Shown: piece by piece, positions 32,975 to 37,572 of the stretch
Layout: every line of letters begins with the position of its first letter
Position numbering within the stretch: the first letter of the stretch is position 1
Assembly: GCA_043819135.1 (NCBI GenBank)
Contig: JBDRFG010000023.1
Span: forward strand, 1-37,572
Reading direction: 5' to 3'
DNA from: Candidatus Eiseniibacteriota bacterium
Lineage (GTDB): Bacteria > Joyebacterota > Joyebacteria > Joyebacterales > Joyebacteraceae
Length of the DNA: 37,572 nucleotides
Translations under genes and position numbers: made by a program
Notes under the pieces: generated by a model
What the model saw: only the letters and a program-made list of their open reading frames with translations
Database searches by the model: none
Told to the model about the DNA's origin: nothing

Positions 32975-35743
32975 CTACCAGTCGACGGCGATACCGACAC
33001 TTATGTAGCGCCCCTCGGAGAAGACCGAAGGATCGTTCAGGGGCTCCAGCTGCTCGCGACCGTCAGCACCGGTCTCAGCGTATGCGCCGCCGAGATTGCC
33101 TGTCATCGTGTAATACTCGGCCCCGTAGTTTCCCAGCCCTCGCAGGTTCTTCTTGTCGAACACGTTGTGAGCCTCGAAGAACAGGCTGAACTCCTGGCCG
33201 TAGAGCTTGTACTTCTTCGTGCCCCTGACGTCGAGGTTCTGGTGCGACGGCCGCCTTCCGGAGTTCACGGACTCGGGGTCGATCACCTTCTGACCGAGGA
33301 CGCTGGGAGTGTACGGCGTGCCGCTGCCGTAGTTGTAGTCGAACGTCACTTCCCAGTTGCCCGGGTCACTGACGAAGAGGAACCCCGACATCGAATGCCG
33401 CTCGTCCCAGTTAAGCGGAATCTCCTTGAGCGGCTGCCTGGGCAGTCCGATGGCCTCTGCCTGCGCGCCCTGGTTCTCGTCCGAGGATACGCCGGTGGCC
33501 TGCAGCCAGGTGTAGCTGAAGTTGCCCATGAAATAGTTGGCGAAACGCTTCGTCAGCTTGAACTCCACGCCCTTGGACGAGGCGTAGTCCTTGTTGACGT
33601 ACGGGTAGACCGACCCCTCCGTCGGGCCTCGCGAGTACTCCTCGGTGGCCAGGAGGCCGAAGATGTCCTTGTAGAATCCCGTGACGTCCATGGCGAGGTT
33701 CTGGGAGAACTGGTGCTCGGCGCCAAACTGGTACGATGTTGTCACCTCGGGCTGGAGACCGGAATAGCCGATGACCCTGCCGGCGGGCGCCTCGTCGATG
33801 CTCTCCCCCGACTCGTAGAGAGCCGTGAGGTGGGGCATCTGGTAGAACCGTCCGTAGTGGAAATGCAGGGCGTCCCTGTCTGAGATGGGATGCGCGATGC
33901 CGAGCCTGGGCGAGAGAACCGCGTTGATCCTCTCCCGCCAGATCGCGCTCTGGCCGACGTCGGACGCGGGACCGGGGTCGGACCAATCAAGCCTGAGACC
34001 CGCTCGAACGATCATGCCCTCGTGAGTCATCTTGTCCTGCAGATACATCGCACCGTGTGTCGGGAATCCCCTGAACATGTTGTGCTGGTAGCGCTCATCG
34101 GTGTTGAGCGCCCGGTCCCAATCGAAGAACTGGAAGTCCGGATTCATGACGACACCTTCGGGCGTGGTCCAAGTGGTGTCCCCCGCGCTCGGGATGAGCG
34201 TACCCAGGCTGAGTTCCTTGACGTTGAGCTCGTTGTAGACGACCTCGAAGCCGCTCTTCATCTGGTGGGTCTCGTTCGGCTGGTTAGTCAGGTCGGCCTT
34301 GACGGTCGTCGCGCTCGTGACGTTGCGCGTCCAGCCGAGGTTGTCGCCCCAGGTCCTGTAATAGCCAGGCTCGGGGTTAAGGTCGTTGTCCGAGTCCTCG
34401 TCGAGAGTCGTGGCGCCGCCGACGTAGGCCCGCCACCAGTAGTCGTTCGGGTCATCGTGCAACGAGTACTGCTCCTCCGAGTCGAAGCGGGCCAGCTTCA
34501 AGGTGTAGAACATCGTCGGGCTGACGTTGTCGCGCCAGACCAGCTTCCGCGTCGAGAACTGATTATCGGACGAGGGAGTGTGCTCGGCCGCGTTGTAGTA
34601 CGCGTACGTGTCGTCGAGAGGCACGTGGGACCAGTCCTCGTGCTCCTTGGACCAGTAGCCCGTCCTCGAGTAATTGTGGAAGTAGAAGTCTCGGACCGTC
34701 CTCGAGATCAGATACTCGGCCGTCAGCTTCCTCGTGGGAGTGACGATGAACGAGACCTTGGCCTGACCGGAGCCCAGCATCGACTGCCTGTCGTGCACCT
34801 CGAGACCCAGGAGATTGCCCCAGAGATCGCGCGCTTCTCTCTCCTCGGTGGTCGGGAGGTACGTGTCGCTGAAGCGCCCCTCGCCCGACACGTAGTAGCG
34901 CACTCGTTCCGTGAACAGCGGACCGCCGAACCCGAACAGGATGTTGTCGTAGTTGTCGTACGTCCTCTCGGGAGCGCCGTAGTCGTCGGTCATGTACTTG
35001 AGCTCACCGGCGAACTGCCGTCCGCCCTCCCGCGTCTGCAGGTTGACGACGCCCGACTGAACGTTGCCGTACTCGGCGTCGAACCCTCCCGAGAGCAGGT
35101 CGAAACCGGACAGCGACGACAGGCTGACCTCGAGACCGCCGGTGCCGCTGGCCGCGTCCGTAATGGCAATGCCGTCGACGTAGTACTTGACCTCGCTGGC
35201 GCGCCCGCCGCGGACGTGCAGCTCACCGTCCACAAGAACGACGCCCGGCTGAGTAGCCACCGCCTCCGCAACTGTGCTGATAGGACGAACCTTGACCTCT
35301 TCCTCGTCCATGCGGCGCGTCGTGGTCGTCTTCTCGACGTCGACGAGGGGCCGGTCGGCCTCTACGACGACCTCGTCCGCCAGAAACGAGTCCTCATCGA
35401 GCGAGATGTTCACCGTGGTGGAACGGTCGCGCTCAACCACGACGTCCGACACGCGGTTCGCCTTGTACCCCATGTAGGAGACCTGGACAACGTAGGTACC
35501 CACGGGCAGGTAGTCGATGACGTACTCGCCAAGCTGATTCGTGATGTTCCCGTAGGCCGTGCCGATGATCGACACGTTCGCGTATGCCAGCGGAGAACCG
35601 TTCCCGGCATCGGTCACCTTGCCCGTGATGCGTCCAGTCGCCTGCCCGAACGCGGGCGCGGCAACGAGAACCACGGCCAGCGCGACCAGCAACGTCAGGC
35701 ACGCGAACCCGTTCTCCCGGGACAGCCGTCTCGGTAGTCTCAT
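32975..35743 (-). CDS. TonB-dependent receptor with an N-terminal carboxypeptidase-regulatory-like domain
   Basis: TGRITGKVTD..G.PL..ANV (N-terminal extension); plug HVRGGR..EV.YYVDGI and SGGFDAEYGNVQSGVVNLQTREG; barrel SPRLGIAHPI; terminal Trp. Start 35743, alternative 35776. Confidence 0.93.
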   Translation of the reverse strand: MRLPRRLSRENGFACLTLLVALAVVLVAAPAFGQATGRITGKVTDAGNGSPLAYANVSIIGTAYGNITNQLGEYVIDYLPVGTYVVQVSYMGYKANRVSDVVVERDRSTTVNISLDEDSFLADEVVVEADRPLVDVEKTTTTRRMDEEEVKVRPISTVAEAVATQPGVVLVDGELHVRGGRASEVKYYVDGIAITDAASGTGGLEVSLSSLSGFDLLSGGFDAEYGNVQSGVVNLQTREGGRQFAGELKYMTDDYGAPERTYDNYDNILFGFGGPLFTERVRYYVSGEGRFSDTYLPTTEEREARDLWGNLLGLEVHDRQSMLGSGQAKVSFIVTPTRKLTAEYLISRTVRDFYFHNYSRTGYWSKEHEDWSHVPLDDTYAYYNAAEHTPSSDNQFSTRKLVWRDNVSPTMFYTLKLARFDSEEQYSLHDDPNDYWWRAYVGGATTLDEDSDNDLNPEPGYYRTWGDNLGWTRNVTSATTVKADLTNQPNETHQMKSGFEVVYNELNVKELSLGTLIPSAGDTTWTTPEGVVMNPDFQFFDWDRALNTDERYQHNMFRGFPTHGAMYLQDKMTHEGMIVRAGLRLDWSDPGPASDVGQSAIWRERINAVLSPRLGIAHPISDRDALHFHYGRFYQMPHLTALYESGESIDEAPAGRVIGYSGLQPEVTTSYQFGAEHQFSQNLAMDVTGFYKDIFGLLATEEYSRGPTEGSVYPYVNKDYASSKGVEFKLTKRFANYFMGNFSYTWLQATGVSSDENQGAQAEAIGLPRQPLKEIPLNWDERHSMSGFLFVSDPGNWEVTFDYNYGSGTPYTPSVLGQKVIDPESVNSGRRPSHQNLDVRGTKKYKLYGQEFSLFFEAHNVFDKKNLRGLGNYGAEYYTMTGNLGGAYAETGADGREQLEPLNDPSVFSEGRYISVGIAVDW

Positions 35744-35838
35744 GGTCTTCTCATCTCCTCGGGGGTCCTCCGACATATAGCTATCCGCCTCTTCGTCCCA
35801 GTGAGACGAGGGCCAGTCGCTCGTTATCCACACCTATC

Positions 35839-35868
35839 AATTAACCACATGCCAAGACGCGTTGTCAA
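35839..35868 (-). promoter_or_regulatory. Putative promoter of the TBDR operon
   Basis: TTGACA-18 bp-TTAATT with an extended TG, in an AT-rich patch. Confidence 0.5.
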
Positions 35869-35885
35869 TCGCATTTTTGTCACAC

Positions 35886-36689
35886 CTAACCCTCTGTGTA
35901 ATGGTCGGTTGCGAGTCCCACAACGGCTTCCGACTCGCGTTGGGTGAGCGTGCCGTCAGAAAGCGTAATCCCCCACGCGTTCTCGAATCCCGCTCGGATG
36001 ACGCCGGCGAGCACCTCGAATTCGATCGGCGGCGATATCAGCGCTGCCAGGTCAGTGGCCTTCAGGGCCAGCGTCCGCCTGATGGCCGCGCGCTCCGACT
36101 CTTTCCGGACTCGCAGAACATCCGCGATCCGCACGTGCGTCCCGTCGGTCAGGAGCGAACCGTGCTGGAGCACGGCGGCTCCGACGCGTCTCTGCGCGCT
36201 GCCGATGAGCTTCCTGCCTGCGACGACCACCTCGAACCGCCCCGCGCTGACAAAGCACGGTGGAGCCACCTCTCCTCTGGTCCTCGATGCGGCGGAGACC
36301 GGCGCGAGGTCCGCGCTGATGCCCAGCGCCGTGAGCCCGAGCAGAAGGCCGCTGGCGATCGCCCGGTACGACTCGGCTATGCTCCCGCCGAGTGGCGGAA
36401 CGCCTGCCCGTCCAACCACCGAGTAGGTCAGCTCCCCCGCGTGCAGAACGGCCCTGCCTCCCGTGGGTCTCCTGACGACGCCGAAACCCTCCCGCCTGCA
36501 CGCCTCCAGATCGAGTTCGGTCGACGCCTTCTGCGAATGGCCGATCGATACGGTCGGCGGCTCCCAGGCGTAGACCCGCAGGGTCGGGGGCGACGAACCC
36601 TCACTCACTCCCTCGAGGATCGCCTCGTCCACGGCCATGTTGGTCGCACCGTCAGCCGGCCCCGAATTGAGAAAACGCCAGGAGTTCAC
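35886..36689 (-). CDS. lipM: Lipoate-protein ligase family protein, LipM-like octanoyltransferase
   Basis: NMAVDEA, PPTLRVYAW, VRRPTGGRAVLH..ELTYS, PCF, GRKLIGSAQ and LQHGSL motifs; no LplA C-terminal domain. Confidence 0.85.
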   Translation of the reverse strand: MNSWRFLNSGPADGATNMAVDEAILEGVSEGSSPPTLRVYAWEPPTVSIGHSQKASTELDLEACRREGFGVVRRPTGGRAVLHAGELTYSVVGRAGVPPLGGSIAESYRAIASGLLLGLTALGISADLAPVSAASRTRGEVAPPCFVSAGRFEVVVAGRKLIGSAQRRVGAAVLQHGSLLTDGTHVRIADVLRVRKESERAAIRRTLALKATDLAALISPPIEFEVLAGVIRAGFENAWGITLSDGTLTQRESEAVVGLATDHYTEG

Positions 36690-36825
36690 AGCAATCCCCG
36701 CCGGGCGCACCGCCCGCTCGCGCGCGGCTGCGCGCGGAGCCGGTGTCGTCCGCAAACAGATGGTCCGTGCATCGCAGGGAGGCCGCCGGCCGTGACTGGC
36801 CGGCCCGGTCGGAACAGCGTCGGGG

Positions 36826-37509
36826 TCAATCTATCAGGTGGAGCCAGTCCCTCAGCATGAAGGTCATCCTGCCGATCAAGAGGGACACGCGACCCATCAC
36901 CGTATAGCCGAAGGACGCCCCAAACGCAACCATGAGGAACCAGATGCCGAGCTTCGCCACTCCGCCCAGAGCGCCCTTGTGCTCCTTGGAGAAGAAGAAG
37001 TAGATGAGCACGGCGAAGACGCCGATGATGGCGATGAGATTGAGTATGATCTCGCTCGTCGGAGTCCCTCTGAGCGGCGTGCTCATGGTCGCGTATATCT
37101 GAGCGACGAAGTCGCCCTGACCAAAGCCGGTGATGTTGACGGCGGAGTACATGCCCACGATGAACCCCAGAGCCCACCTCGACAGCCACGACAGCTTCGG
37201 ATAGAACCTGAGCAGCATGAAGATGGCGAGCACACCTGGGAATATCCGGATCCACATGAAGGGTTGCTCTTCGGTCGGGAAGAAGAGCGGCTGGAGCAAC
37301 TTCGGAAAGAGCGTCTCGTGATAGAGCAGGCACATCCAGTAGGCGGCGCCGATACCGACGAACAGGGCCTCCGCGAACTTGTAGAGCGGGTTGTCCTTGT
37401 AGAGGAAGCTGTAGATGCTGATGGTGAGGATGGCGGCGACCCAATAGCCCCAGACCACCGACGGCGGCGTTCCGGGAGGTCCGTTGAAGAGCATGTGAAG
37501 CCAGTTCAT
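36826..37509 (-). CDS. Hypothetical integral membrane protein (about 6 TM)
   Basis: Hydrophobic segments; SFLYKDNPLYKFAE, YFFFSKEH and FGASFGYTVMGRVSLLIGR. Confidence 0.8.
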   Translation of the reverse strand: MNWLHMLFNGPPGTPPSVVWGYWVAAILTISIYSFLYKDNPLYKFAEALFVGIGAAYWMCLLYHETLFPKLLQPLFFPTEEQPFMWIRIFPGVLAIFMLLRFYPKLSWLSRWALGFIVGMYSAVNITGFGQGDFVAQIYATMSTPLRGTPTSEIILNLIAIIGVFAVLIYFFFSKEHKGALGGVAKLGIWFLMVAFGASFGYTVMGRVSLLIGRMTFMLRDWLHLID

Positions 37510-37522
37510 GCCGTCTTCCTCG

Positions 37523-37572
37523 CTATTCCACTGCCTCGCCTCGCCTGCGGAGCGACAGCAGGTAGACCACGT
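37523..37572 (-). CDS. 3' end of an upstream gene, probably a membrane protein (truncated)
   Basis: Open frame ..VVYLLSLRRRGEAVE-TAG ending 13 nt before the next ATG. Confidence 0.5.
   Translation of the reverse strand, partial: VVYLLSLRRRGEAVE

Noticed and set aside
29834..33883. 1349-aa plus-strand ORF
   Set aside because: Antisense shadow of the PorV, CTD and TBDR genes. High-GC codon bias removes stops on the opposite strand, and the translation has no recognisable motifs.
28531..35743. Calling this a canonical T9SS or a SusCD polysaccharide utilisation locus
   Set aside because: No SprA or PorK/L/M/N, no SusD-like lipoprotein and no CAZyme are visible in the window.
35869..35884. CRP-like site upstream of the TBDR promoter (TGTGA-N6-TGCGA)
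   Set aside because: Only one half-site matches, which is too weak to call.

Overview
High-GC chromosomal window from a diderm bacterium. The gene content (PorV/FadL-like barrels, FlgD/T9SS-CTD-like proteins, a GWxTD protein) points to an FCB-superphylum or related candidate-phylum organism; this is an inference. Most genes are on the minus strand. In genome order: polA (partial), nadD, bamD, a PorV-like barrel fused to an extra domain, a FlgD-Ig/CTD secreted protein, a second barrel, an exported protein (+), lpdA, aspartokinase (+), an amidohydrolase, a GWxTD protein, a YIP1-TolC-MFP-ABC (MacAB/YknWXYZ-like) exporter, exbB-exbD-exbD-tonB, two Ig-repeat lipoproteins (+), a cold-shock gene, an operon of TonB-dependent receptor + acidic CTD protein + two PorV-like barrels, a LipM-like octanoyltransferase and membrane proteins. 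The best candidate for an undescribed system is a SusD-less outer-membrane module in which a TBDR is paired with a CTD protein and PorV-like barrels, next to a TonB motor and lipoproteins. A second CTD/PorV pair sits upstream of bamD. A hidden second TonB C-terminal segment lies exactly in frame behind the tonB amber stop and is missed by the ORF track. I found no tRNA, rRNA, CRISPR array or mobile element.
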